Shown here piece by piece: positions 22,013 through 31,719 of a stretch of 64,000 bases of DNA. The notes under the pieces were generated by a model, which did not search any database, was not told the DNA's origin, and worked only from the letters and a program-made list of their open reading frames with translations. The stretch's first letter is position 1, and the number at the start of each line of letters is the position of its first letter. The position numbers were made by a program, and so were the translations under genes. Source of the stretch: Histomonas meleagridis 2922-C6/04-290x (Eukaryota; Protista; Parabasalia). Where the stretch lies: positions 1-64,000 of the forward strand of contig JAANOX010000093.1 of assembly GCA_020184695.1 (NCBI GenBank). Reading direction: 5' to 3'.

Positions 22013-24970
22013 TTAGTAAGCATAATTCTTTGATAAATTCTCTGAAATAACATCAATTGTCCAATCAACTTTTTGGTTGTTCTCATATCTAAATGGAAGC
22101 TGTTCAATATATTGATGAAAATATCTTTTAATAAGGAAATCCATTACTAATGGTTCTTTTGATGCGATTACTAAGAAAACAATAAAAAATTGTGCAGCCT
22201 CAAAAGAAGTATTTGGTTCATATATATAATTTAAAATGTTTGCATAATAATCTGGATTACATTCAAAGTTTTCTATAGTTTTGATCATATACACATTAAA
22301 TTTACCAATTACTCTATTAATTTTGTTTTTCTTTCTTTGTATTTGTTCAAGTAGTTTTTCAAATAATGTTTCATTTATTAACTTCAAAAGAGATTTTTCA
22401 TTATATGATTTAACGATCTTAAATGCAGATATACAAAATTCTTCATTTTCATTTGTGAATCCTTCAATTAAAATTGGATCTAATAAAGAATGATCAAGGA
22501 AAGGATTATTTGATAATAAATATGAAATTGTATGAGCAATTTCTTTATTTTTATATTTTATATATGTATTTATTAATATTGCCCAAATTGTTTCTAAAAT
22601 AGATTTTTGCGGAATTTTTAATGATTCAATTAACTTTAAACCATATATCATATTTTCCGTTTTTATTGATTCAATGATTAAATCCCAAAAATTTCCATGT
22701 GAAATAGATGTGCATAAAGTTTTTGATCTTGATAACACATAAAGCAAAGGAACAATTGGACCTCTTTGATTATATTTTAAACAATTAGTGATAATATATT
22801 TAAAAATTATATTTCCCATTATTAATGAGATACCAACTGATTGATTGACTAAAGCTATAGCAATTCTTTCCAAATGTTTTCTTAATGAACTTTTCTTTTC
22901 ATTTTTTATTTCATCAATTCCTATAATTTCGATAACTTTCTCGTGATTATTTTCAGTCATTTTAGAAAGATATCTAAGGAAAATACCAATAGTAGTAATT
23001 GATAAATATGATATTTTTTCTAATTCAGAAATCGGTCCATATATTTCCATCATTGAAGAAAAGAATACTATTAAATATTGACCATGTAATTGATTAAATA
23101 TTTTTAAAATTAATGATATTGGTATTCTATTATAATTTGATTCTATTAAGGAAATAATAGCATTAAGAGAACCATAAGATTGAGGTAAACTTAAAAATTT
23201 CTTTATCATGTTTTCAATATTACTAATTCTTTCTGCAATAATTTTTATTGATGTTTCAACATATTGAGGTTGTATATTAATTAAAGGTAATATTTCATCA
23301 ATTACTTGTTCAGGAGATATAATATCAATTAAATCTTCTCTATTAAGTATAGTTTTAAATAAACCAAATGCAATACTTTGAGTTTTTATAGAAATTGTTT
23401 GACTCATAAAAGATAATAAATCATGAAATAATTCAATTGATAATGGATAATCTATTTGATAAAGTTGTTGAAGAACTTTTGGTGTTATTGGATCTAATGG
23501 ATCAAGTGAATGAATTTTCTTTACAATTGAATCAGCTTCTTTTCTATGGAATTCACTTGCTTGTTTAAGAATTTGTAAATGTTTAGGTTTTGTATCCATT
23601 ACCCACTCTTTAAATTCTTTCATATTTGTATCCCCAAATGTTATAACACCATTTTCTAATTTTTCTCTTATGATTGACATCTTTGGACGAGATCCTGGTT
23701 TTCTATCCCAACAACTTCTAATAAGTGATTCTATTGATTTTGGTGTATCATTTGGTATTTCTGGTCGAATGTTTTGATTATAAACAAGTGCTGCAACTTG
23801 AACAGAACTCATGGAATAATATGGAAGCTTTTCAGTAACCATTTCCCATAAAACAACTCCATATGAATATGTATCAGCTGCAACTGTATAAGGATTTGTA
23901 CTTTGTATTAAAACTTCAGGTGCAGTCCATTGAACAGTTCCAAGTTCTGTTGTCATATTCATACCAATAATTCTTGATATACCAAAATCACATATAATTG
24001 CATTATAATCTTGATCAAGAAGTACATTTTGTGATTTGAAATCACGATGAATATATCTCATTTCAGCTAAATATTCAAGTCCACGAGCCATTCCTGTAGC
24101 AATTTTAAGTTTCATTATGTTTGTAAGTTTTACTTTTTTACTATGAAGTATTTCATAAAGAGAACCATTTCCTACATATTTAGTAGCAATACAAAAAGGA
24201 GGAGTTACAGTCACACCAATAAATTGAAGAATATTTGGATGATTTAGTTTTAATAAAGCATCTAATTCTCTTTGTAAACTTAATATATTACGATATCCAA
24301 GTTGAACAAGTTTTAATTCTTTTATTGCAATTGATTCTTTTGTTGGTTTAAATGTAGCTAATGAAACTTTTGCATATGCACCGACACCAATTTGTTTTAT
24401 TATTTGGAATTGTTGATGTTGAATAATTCCATTCATTGATTTATCTTTGTATGATGATAGTTCACTAATAATTAATTTTATATCATCTATTTTATTATTT
24501 ATTGCATTAGATATAGGAATTGGTAATGTATTTGTTAAAGAAGAAAATGTTTTTCCAATTTGAATAATATCAAGATAATGTGCATAATATAAGGAATTTA
24601 TATCTTTAAATGTATCAAAAAATAATGATGTTGATTGTAATTCCCATGATTTCCATAATAATTCAAGATCTTTATATTGTTGATTAATAGAATTCATTAA
24701 AAAATAACTCAAAAAATTCTCTTTTGTATATTCAGAACAAAAAGATATAAACGCAGAACATGTTTGTAAAAATTCAAATAAAACAGGACCTATTGTTGGA
24801 TTAAACTTATTTTTAAGTAACTCAAATGAAGTCTTGAATTTTTGGAGATTAGATAGAATAAGAGAAATTTTAGAAAGACCAAATGAAATTTTTGGAATTA
24901 TTTTCTCAATACATCCATAAGTAACTTTAAAAGAATCAGACCATTGCTGGTAATCAAACAATAAATTCAT
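22013..24970 (-). CDS. TKL-family protein kinase with long helical C-terminal region
   Basis: IGVGAYAKV, AIK, HRDFKSQNVLL, CDFG, GTVQWTAPE; first ATG at 24970 (the track start is a GTG). Confidence 0.9.
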   Translation of the reverse strand: MNLLFDYQQWSDSFKVTYGCIEKIIPKISFGLSKISLILSNLQKFKTSFELLKNKFNPTIGPVLFEFLQTCSAFISFCSEYTKENFLSYFLMNSINQQYKDLELLWKSWELQSTSLFFDTFKDINSLYYAHYLDIIQIGKTFSSLTNTLPIPISNAINNKIDDIKLIISELSSYKDKSMNGIIQHQQFQIIKQIGVGAYAKVSLATFKPTKESIAIKELKLVQLGYRNILSLQRELDALLKLNHPNILQFIGVTVTPPFCIATKYVGNGSLYEILHSKKVKLTNIMKLKIATGMARGLEYLAEMRYIHRDFKSQNVLLDQDYNAIICDFGISRIIGMNMTTELGTVQWTAPEVLIQSTNPYTVAADTYSYGVVLWEMVTEKLPYYSMSSVQVAALVYNQNIRPEIPNDTPKSIESLIRSCWDRKPGSRPKMSIIREKLENGVITFGDTNMKEFKEWVMDTKPKHLQILKQASEFHRKEADSIVKKIHSLDPLDPITPKVLQQLYQIDYPLSIELFHDLLSFMSQTISIKTQSIAFGLFKTILNREDLIDIISPEQVIDEILPLINIQPQYVETSIKIIAERISNIENMIKKFLSLPQSYGSLNAIISLIESNYNRIPISLILKIFNQLHGQYLIVFFSSMMEIYGPISELEKISYLSITTIGIFLRYLSKMTENNHEKVIEIIGIDEIKNEKKSSLRKHLERIAIALVNQSVGISLIMGNIIFKYIITNCLKYNQRGPIVPLLYVLSRSKTLCTSISHGNFWDLIIESIKTENMIYGLKLIESLKIPQKSILETIWAILINTYIKYKNKEIAHTISYLLSNNPFLDHSLLDPILIEGFTNENEEFCISAFKIVKSYNEKSLLKLINETLFEKLLEQIQRKKNKINRVIGKFNVYMIKTIENFECNPDYYANILNYIYEPNTSFEAAQFFIVFLVIASKEPLVMDFLIKRYFHQYIEQLPFRYENNQKVDWTIDVISENLSKNYAY

Positions 24971-25204
24971 CTCTTTATATAAAATCACAAAGATTTATAA
25001 TTTTTATGATATAAATATGTTTTTTTAACATGGTTTTATTGAATTTAATTTTTGTAGAAGTTTTAAATGAAACTTATAAATTTCTTTTTTTAAAAATAGT
25101 TGTAATATTTCAAAATAAAAATTAATATGAAATGAATAAGTATTCGTTGATTAAATTGCTGTGTTTATTATAATAAGAAAAAGAAATATTTTGTAATTTG
25201 GAAT

Positions 25205-25232
25205 AACGGTTTCGGCGGTTTGGCCGACCTTT
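25205..25232 (+). promoter_or_regulatory. M3 + M5 core promoter motifs of RPL21
   Basis: AACGGTTT at 25205-25212 and CCTTT at 25228-25232, 5 nt before the ATG; same arrangement as RPS25. Confidence 0.65.
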
Positions 25233-25237
25233 TCCGA

Positions 25238-25723
25238 ATGGGTCATACAGCAGGTCTTCGTTGGGGAACACGCTATCTTTTCGCTAGAAAGTTCAGGAAG
25301 CATGGAATGCCAGCCCCATCACAACAACTCCGTACTTTCAGAATTGGTGATATCGTTGATGTTCATGTCAACTCAGCTGTTATGAAGGGTATGCCACATC
25401 GTCTTTACAACGGTCGCACAGGTACAGTTTGGAACGTTTCACCACATGCAGTTGGTCTTTTAATTTACCGCCGTGTCAATAATCATATTGCACCAAAACG
25501 TATCTACGTTCGCACAGAGCACATTCAACACTCAAAGTGCAGAGATGATTTCAAGAATCGTGTTGCACAAACACAAAAGCTTAAGAAAGAAGCCAAAGAA
25601 AAGGGAATCAAGCTTGATAAATCAGCTCTCAAGCGTCTTCCAGCACAACCAAAGGAAGCACACGTTGTGAAACCAGAAGTTATCAAGGCTGTTTGCTTCA
25701 CACCATTCCGTGAAACCTGGTAA
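25238..25723 (+). CDS. RPL21: 60S ribosomal protein L21
   Basis: GTRYLFARKFRKHG, GDIVDV, KGMPHRLYNGRTG, KRIYVRTEH; ATG at 25238. Confidence 0.97.
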   Translation: MGHTAGLRWGTRYLFARKFRKHGMPAPSQQLRTFRIGDIVDVHVNSAVMKGMPHRLYNGRTGTVWNVSPHAVGLLIYRRVNNHIAPKRIYVRTEHIQHSKCRDDFKNRVAQTQKLKKEAKEKGIKLDKSALKRLPAQPKEAHVVKPEVIKAVCFTPFRETW

Positions 25724-25907
25724 AAAAAAAAATAATAATCTTATTAATATCTTTCCGAAAATTTGTAAAACCATTTTGTGTTGGATAAATTCGAATGAGT
25801 AAATGTTGAATTTGTTGATTATATTATTTGCTTTGAAGAGTTTTACAATTAATTTTTTATTTTGACAAATTTGCCAAATTAAACGTTCTGTCAATTCAAG
25901 CAAGAAA

Positions 25908-27128
25908 ATGACTTCAGCCACAGAAGAAGTACTAAAAGAAGGATGGCTTTTTAAGCAAGCAGGCAAAATGTTTAAGACATGGAATAGAAGATATTTTAAG
26001 CTAACATCGCAAGAACTTCAATATGATAAAGCGCCAAAAACTCCAATGAAAAATTCCATCAAATTAACAAAAATCAGTTACGTTGCTCTCGCTCCTGATT
26101 GTAAAAGACAACCTGCATTTAAATTCGAAATTCCAGATGTAAAAACTTATTATTTTGTGACAGAAGCTCCTAGTGAAGCTACAGCTTGGGTAAATGCTAT
26201 TGAGTGTTACAGAACATCTGATGTAGATATGAAGGATATTCAAATATCTGATTTTGAAGTTGATACTCATTTACATCAATCACAAAATTGTTCAATCCAA
26301 CGTGTGAAGAACAAGCTCAACCAACAATTTTATGTCATCAAACGTTATGGGCGTTTTGCATTTGCAGGTAGAGTTGATGAAATAGTTAACAAAGAGAAAG
26401 AATTTTTATCCATTGGAAATCCATTTGTTACATCTCTTCGTCAAATCTTATGTAATGACATGGAAGTTTGTATGATATATGATTATGTACCAAATGGATG
26501 TTTATTTACACGACTCTTAGAAGAAGGCAAATTCGACGAGAAGTCGACTGCCTTTTACAGCGCAGAAATCTTATTAGCTTTATCTTATCTTCATCAACAT
26601 GGAGCTCTTGCAGGAAAGCTCACTCCAAATAGTATTTTAATTTGTCCTGATGGCCATATTAAAGTTACTGAGCCTGGTCCACAAACAATAAATCCCATGG
26701 AATCGAACGAATACACTGCTCCTGAACTTCTTGATCCTCAATCATCTGATCCAACCGTTTTAGGGGGGCCCCAACAAGTAACCGCAAAAACCGATATATA
26801 TAATTTCGGTTTACTTGTTTATTATATGCTTTGTGGAATGCCACCATTTTATGATGACGATAAAGAAATACAAAAGAAGCTCATACGAGAATGTCGTATT
26901 TTTTATCCTCATCATGTATCTGATAATGCACGATCTTTCATATCTGAATTAATGAATGTTGACCCTGAGAAAAGACCTGATTTAGAGAAGATTAAGACAT
27001 TAAAGTTCTTCTCTGGCATCTCATGGGAAATGGCATCTGCAAAACAACTTGCGCCCCCATTCATCCCATCAAAACAATACTTAACTCTGAACGAATACGA
27101 GAGAAATAACTCAGAACATTTTTGTTGA
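25908..27128 (+). CDS. PH domain + AGC-like (Akt/PKB-type) pseudokinase
   Basis: EGWLFKQAG...WNRRYFKL...WVNAI (PH domain); kinase fold with PPF motifs, but HRD is replaced by AGK and DFG by EPG. Confidence 0.85.
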   Translation: MTSATEEVLKEGWLFKQAGKMFKTWNRRYFKLTSQELQYDKAPKTPMKNSIKLTKISYVALAPDCKRQPAFKFEIPDVKTYYFVTEAPSEATAWVNAIECYRTSDVDMKDIQISDFEVDTHLHQSQNCSIQRVKNKLNQQFYVIKRYGRFAFAGRVDEIVNKEKEFLSIGNPFVTSLRQILCNDMEVCMIYDYVPNGCLFTRLLEEGKFDEKSTAFYSAEILLALSYLHQHGALAGKLTPNSILICPDGHIKVTEPGPQTINPMESNEYTAPELLDPQSSDPTVLGGPQQVTAKTDIYNFGLLVYYMLCGMPPFYDDDKEIQKKLIRECRIFYPHHVSDNARSFISELMNVDPEKRPDLEKIKTLKFFSGISWEMASAKQLAPPFIPSKQYLTLNEYERNNSEHFC

Positions 27129-27585
27129 ATTGCGTATTTAATAAATTTAAGTAATTTCTACTTTTTTTTGGTATGGTACTTTGCCGATCAGGATTCAACT
27201 TTTTGAATACTATGGTCCAGAATGTTTGAATTGACTGTGCTTTGTTCGGCCGTATATGCATACAATTTGAATTCCATTTTTTTGAGACGCCTTGAGTTTC
27301 ATCTGGTAAAAATTCATATCGGTTTGTCACTTTTCCTAGAATATTACTCTTAAAAAATTGTAGTCCAAAGAGAAATTTGTCAAAATTGAATTTTTTTAAT
27401 TAATTTATTTTTTATTGATATGATTGTCTTCAAATTTAAAGGAAAAATCCATTCCGAATGAATTGTTTTAATTTTGATCAAAATTAATCTCTTTCAGTAT
27501 TAACAGAGAAAATGGTCACTGGAACTGTTTTCAATGGGAAATCAATTTAATGTAAATCTAAATACGACCAAAGATTTCTTTATGC

Positions 27586-29610
27586 TTATTTATTTTCGTG
27601 TTTCTTTTGATTTTCCAATTTTGCTGCTATTTTTGCGGCTCCATTTAGCGCAATATAGTCGGAGCAAATACCGGAATATGGTTCTTTACCAAAGTATCTC
27701 TTTATCATTTTTTTAACGCAAACAATATGCGATGAACCTCCCGAAAGTAAAATTTCGTCGACGTTTTCTTTAGACATATTTGCCTTTCGAAGTATATTTG
27801 TAAGATGTCCTTCTAATACATCAACAATAGCTGTTTGTATTAATCGTTTGAAGTCTTTACGCTTAAAGTCTTCTTGGATGAATTCATCTTGCTGATTTTG
27901 CCAATAAATTTTTGCATGCTTTAAAGACGATAATTGTCTTTTGGCACTTTCGCATTGACTTAACAAATATTTTGATTGTATTGGGTCACTTTTCACATCG
28001 AATTGATGCTTTTCTAGGATAATTTTTGCGAAATGCTCAAATATTATTTGATCTATTAGATCACCGCCAATGTATTCATCACTTTCTATTGCTTTGATGA
28101 AATAGTTATAGTTATTATTGATGTAATTATTATTAACCACAGTTTTGTTTTCATTTATGAAATCAATGTTAACTAAACTAATCTCAAGTTCTCGACCAAA
28201 ATCAAACACCAAAATATTTATATTCTCTTTGGTGATACGCTCCCATCGTGCATTAATATATGCGTCAATCGAACATATTGGATTTTCAATAACACGAAGT
28301 GGCATTAAACCTGCCATGTTGGCTGCGTCATTAACGGATATCTTTTGTTCTTGATAAAATAATGCTGGTATTGTTATAACAGCATATTTGACTTTCTGAT
28401 CATTAAGATAAAGCTCAGCGATTCGTTTCATTTCTTTGATTAAAATCGCTAACAGGCGCTCAGGGTAAATATCAACTTGTTCATTGTTATATATAACACG
28501 AATTTGTGCTTTGCCACCGTCAACAACATCAAAACCCCATTGATCCATTTTTTCTTTGACATCATCATAATCTTTTCCTAAAATTTTCATTATGTCATAT
28601 ACAAAATTTTTTGGCGTTTCATGTAACATTTCCTTGGCAGTTTTGCCTATGTAAATGTCTTTGCTGTTATCAGAAAAATAGAAACATAATAAAGTGGAAC
28701 GGCTTTGGTATTCATTTTGAACAACTACAATGGAATTATCTTGGTGTATGGCAACTGAACATGAATGGTTGGAAATTTGAATAGCAATAATCGGAGATAC
28801 GTCTTGCTTGATTGAGTCAAAAATTGGGGTAGATAGTATCTCTTTTGCTGAAGGTCGTTCTTCAGGATCGATTACAAGCATTGATTCAATTAAATTACGA
28901 AAAACTTCGTTCACTATTTCGGGGATTTCGTTTAGATCACCACTAACAACTCTGTTGCCCAAAGCATATATATTTTGGGCATCAAAAGCATGTTTTAATG
29001 TACATAATTCATATAGAATACATCCTAATCCCCAAATATCGACCTTATTATTATATTCTTTACCTTCAAAAATTTCGGGCGATAGATAGAGTGGTGTTCC
29101 GATTTGTGTATGGGCTAATTCTTGTGTGGATTGAAGAGATCTTGAAATGCCAAAATCACCTAATTTAATTGTACCATCACTATTTAAAAAGATATTGCTT
29201 GGTTTAATGTCTCTGTGAATAACTTTTTTTGAATGGATATATTCAACTGCTTTCAAAATTTGAAAAAAATAATCGAGAATAATATTATCCGGTATCCTAC
29301 ATTTGTATTCCTTGAACCTTTTGATTTTTCCCAATAAATCTCCACCATCTACATAATCCATGACGATATGAAATGTGTGATCTTCTTTATCTTTAAAACT
29401 TGTGATATACTTAACAACATTTGGGTGGTCATCTAGAGACTTGAAAAGTTCGACTTCTTTTAGAATTTTTTCCTCACTAAATTTATCATTTTCGAGATTG
29501 AATGTTTTAAAAACGCATACTTTATTGGTTGATTTTTCTTTTGCAAGAAACGCTTTACAGGTGGCACCAAAGTTGAGGTATTTTATTATTTCGAAGTTAT
29601 TTTTCATCAT
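27586..29610 (-). CDS. NEK-family kinase fused to a degenerate Hsp70 nucleotide-binding domain
   Basis: HRDIKPSNIFL, LGDFGISR, QIGTPLYLSPE; then AVITIPALF, AGLMPLRVIENP, VFDFG, IGGDLID and LLSGGSSHI mirror Hsp70 NBD motifs. Likely ATG at 29610. Confidence 0.88.
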   Translation of the reverse strand: MMKNNFEIIKYLNFGATCKAFLAKEKSTNKVCVFKTFNLENDKFSEEKILKEVELFKSLDDHPNVVKYITSFKDKEDHTFHIVMDYVDGGDLLGKIKRFKEYKCRIPDNIILDYFFQILKAVEYIHSKKVIHRDIKPSNIFLNSDGTIKLGDFGISRSLQSTQELAHTQIGTPLYLSPEIFEGKEYNNKVDIWGLGCILYELCTLKHAFDAQNIYALGNRVVSGDLNEIPEIVNEVFRNLIESMLVIDPEERPSAKEILSTPIFDSIKQDVSPIIAIQISNHSCSVAIHQDNSIVVVQNEYQSRSTLLCFYFSDNSKDIYIGKTAKEMLHETPKNFVYDIMKILGKDYDDVKEKMDQWGFDVVDGGKAQIRVIYNNEQVDIYPERLLAILIKEMKRIAELYLNDQKVKYAVITIPALFYQEQKISVNDAANMAGLMPLRVIENPICSIDAYINARWERITKENINILVFDFGRELEISLVNIDFINENKTVVNNNYINNNYNYFIKAIESDEYIGGDLIDQIIFEHFAKIILEKHQFDVKSDPIQSKYLLSQCESAKRQLSSLKHAKIYWQNQQDEFIQEDFKRKDFKRLIQTAIVDVLEGHLTNILRKANMSKENVDEILLSGGSSHIVCVKKMIKRYFGKEPYSGICSDYIALNGAAKIAAKLENQKKHENK

Positions 29611-29921
29611 CTCCACAAACAATATAATTAAAAATGCCAAAACATAAATTGTTGTAACCGTTATCATTTCAGAAGTTTACTTGCAAATGCATCCAAGCTG
29701 TTTTTAGAAACAAGTTTTTTTTTAATAAACCTTATCAATACTTTTTGTTATCAAATCTATTATTTCCTTTAGCTTGTTCAAACGAAAATAAAGCAAAAAT
29801 TAGAACTTTATTATTTGAAAAAAAAAATAATTTTGAACATGTTCAAAGAAGCCTATGATCTTGTGTGTGAGCTGTTCTGAAAGAACCAAAAAATTATCCA
29901 CTATAAATTTTATGTATCTAA

Positions 29922-30596
29922 TTAGCAGCAACGTTTCGTTTTTGTTTGCTCTTCAACAACAGGGCTACCCTCATTAGGATCAGTTGTTTTTTCATTTGTT
30001 TCCACCTTGTTCATTTTATATGTTTGGTAAACTTGTCTTGCAATTTTGTCAAATGCTTCAACAACATTTGTGTTGTTTTTAGCTGATGTTTCAATGTACT
30101 CTATTTCAAGAGAGTCTGCGAATTCTTGTGCTTCTTGGTTGGTAACTTTTCTTTGTTCGACTAGATCAACCTTATTTCCAATCAACATAATTTTTACACT
30201 TTGATCGCAAAGACCTTGTGCATCCTCAATCCATTTGCCAATGTCATCAAAAGATTTGTGATTGTCAATTGAAAAAACAACGAAAACTCCAACAGCATTT
30301 CGATAATAAGGCTTGCAAACAGCTTTGAATCTTTCTTGACCAGCAGTATCCCAAATTTGAAGAGAAACATCATCTCCAAAAATATTAAGAACTTTTTTGT
30401 AACAATCAACTCCAATTGTTTCAAAACATTCATCAAATGTATTTTTACATATGCGAGTTACAAGACTGGTTTTCCCTACTTGAGTGTCTCCAATGATTAG
30501 AATTTTAAAATTTGGAATGGACATTTTTGATTTTTGTGGTTCTTCGTCCTGAATGTTATCAACGGTAATTGAATATGCACATAGAATTTTTTGCAT
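29922..30596 (-). CDS. Rab GTPase
   Basis: GDTQVGKT, TIGVD, WDTAGQE, GNKVD, ETSAK, C-terminal CC. Confidence 0.95.
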   Translation of the reverse strand: MQKILCAYSITVDNIQDEEPQKSKMSIPNFKILIIGDTQVGKTSLVTRICKNTFDECFETIGVDCYKKVLNIFGDDVSLQIWDTAGQERFKAVCKPYYRNAVGVFVVFSIDNHKSFDDIGKWIEDAQGLCDQSVKIMLIGNKVDLVEQRKVTNQEAQEFADSLEIEYIETSAKNNTNVVEAFDKIARQVYQTYKMNKVETNEKTTDPNEGSPVVEEQTKTKRCC

Positions 30597-30703
30597 TAGA
30601 AATTCAGAAGTATAAAATTTATTGAACGATTAAAATCAAGTCAACCATCTTTCAAAAAGTTGCTTTGCACTATTCTCAAATTTTTTTTTACATTTGAACT
30701 CAA

Positions 30704-31339
30704 ATGGACCAAGCAAAAGCCCTTTCTTTTAAATTCATTGTTATTGGTGAAACCAGAGTAGGTAAAACATGTTTGACAAAACGACTTATTAATAGTGATG
30801 CTGATTTCGAAGATATTGAAGGTGATACTTTTCAAACAGTAAGCGTTGATGTTTTTGAAAAAAAAATTGACATCAACAATGAAACAATTAGACTTGAAAT
30901 TTGGGACACGGCTGGCCAAGAAAAATATGGTGCCATTGCAAAACAATATTATCGCGAGGCAAAAGGTATCCTTGTTGTTTTTGCAATTGATGACCATAAA
31001 ACATTTGAAAGGGCCAAAGAATTTTATGCCGGTGTTGAAAACCAATGTGATACAGATCAAATAAGAGTCATATTAGTTGGAAACAAAGTGGATTTAATCG
31101 ATAAAAGACAAGTTACATATGAAGAAGCAAGTGGATATGCGAATTCTATAAATGTAGACTACATTGAGACCTCTGCCAAAAACAATACAAATGTTGCAGA
31201 AGCATTTGAAAAAATTGCAAGGCAAATATATACTTTATATAAAGAGAATAACGTTGTGGTAAATAATAAAATTGATGATCAGGCTACCGTAGACCTAAAA
31301 CAAGAAAACGAAAAAGAAAAGAAGAGGGAATGTTGCTAA
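30704..31339 (+). CDS. Rab GTPase (divergent switch I)
   Basis: GETRVGKT, WDTAGQE, GNKVD, ETSAK, C-terminal CC. Confidence 0.95.
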   Translation: MDQAKALSFKFIVIGETRVGKTCLTKRLINSDADFEDIEGDTFQTVSVDVFEKKIDINNETIRLEIWDTAGQEKYGAIAKQYYREAKGILVVFAIDDHKTFERAKEFYAGVENQCDTDQIRVILVGNKVDLIDKRQVTYEEASGYANSINVDYIETSAKNNTNVAEAFEKIARQIYTLYKENNVVVNNKIDDQATVDLKQENEKEKKRECC

Positions 31340-31719
31340 TAATCACATTTCACATGTAGCTGAGTAAAAAACACGAATTCGAAAGAAAATATTTCGGTAA
31401 TTGTTTGTCATTAGTGAAAAAAACTTTTTAAATTTTGAAATACTAAAAAAGAATCTTCAAATTTTCATGATCAGTTCAAGTCGAAGAGAATTATTGATAC
31501 AGTTACATAATAACAACAACACTTTAGAATGAAAAGCATATTAGCCATCGTTACTTACTTTAGAATGATCAAAAATTATATATTGAATGAATAAATATGA
31601 TAGGAGATCACTCAATTTTTTGTCGTTCAAAATTGAAATGTTTATTTTTTACATTGGTTAAATCGCTTTAATAAACAACATAAAAATTAACTCTAATACA
31701 TTCGTACACTCATCAAAAT

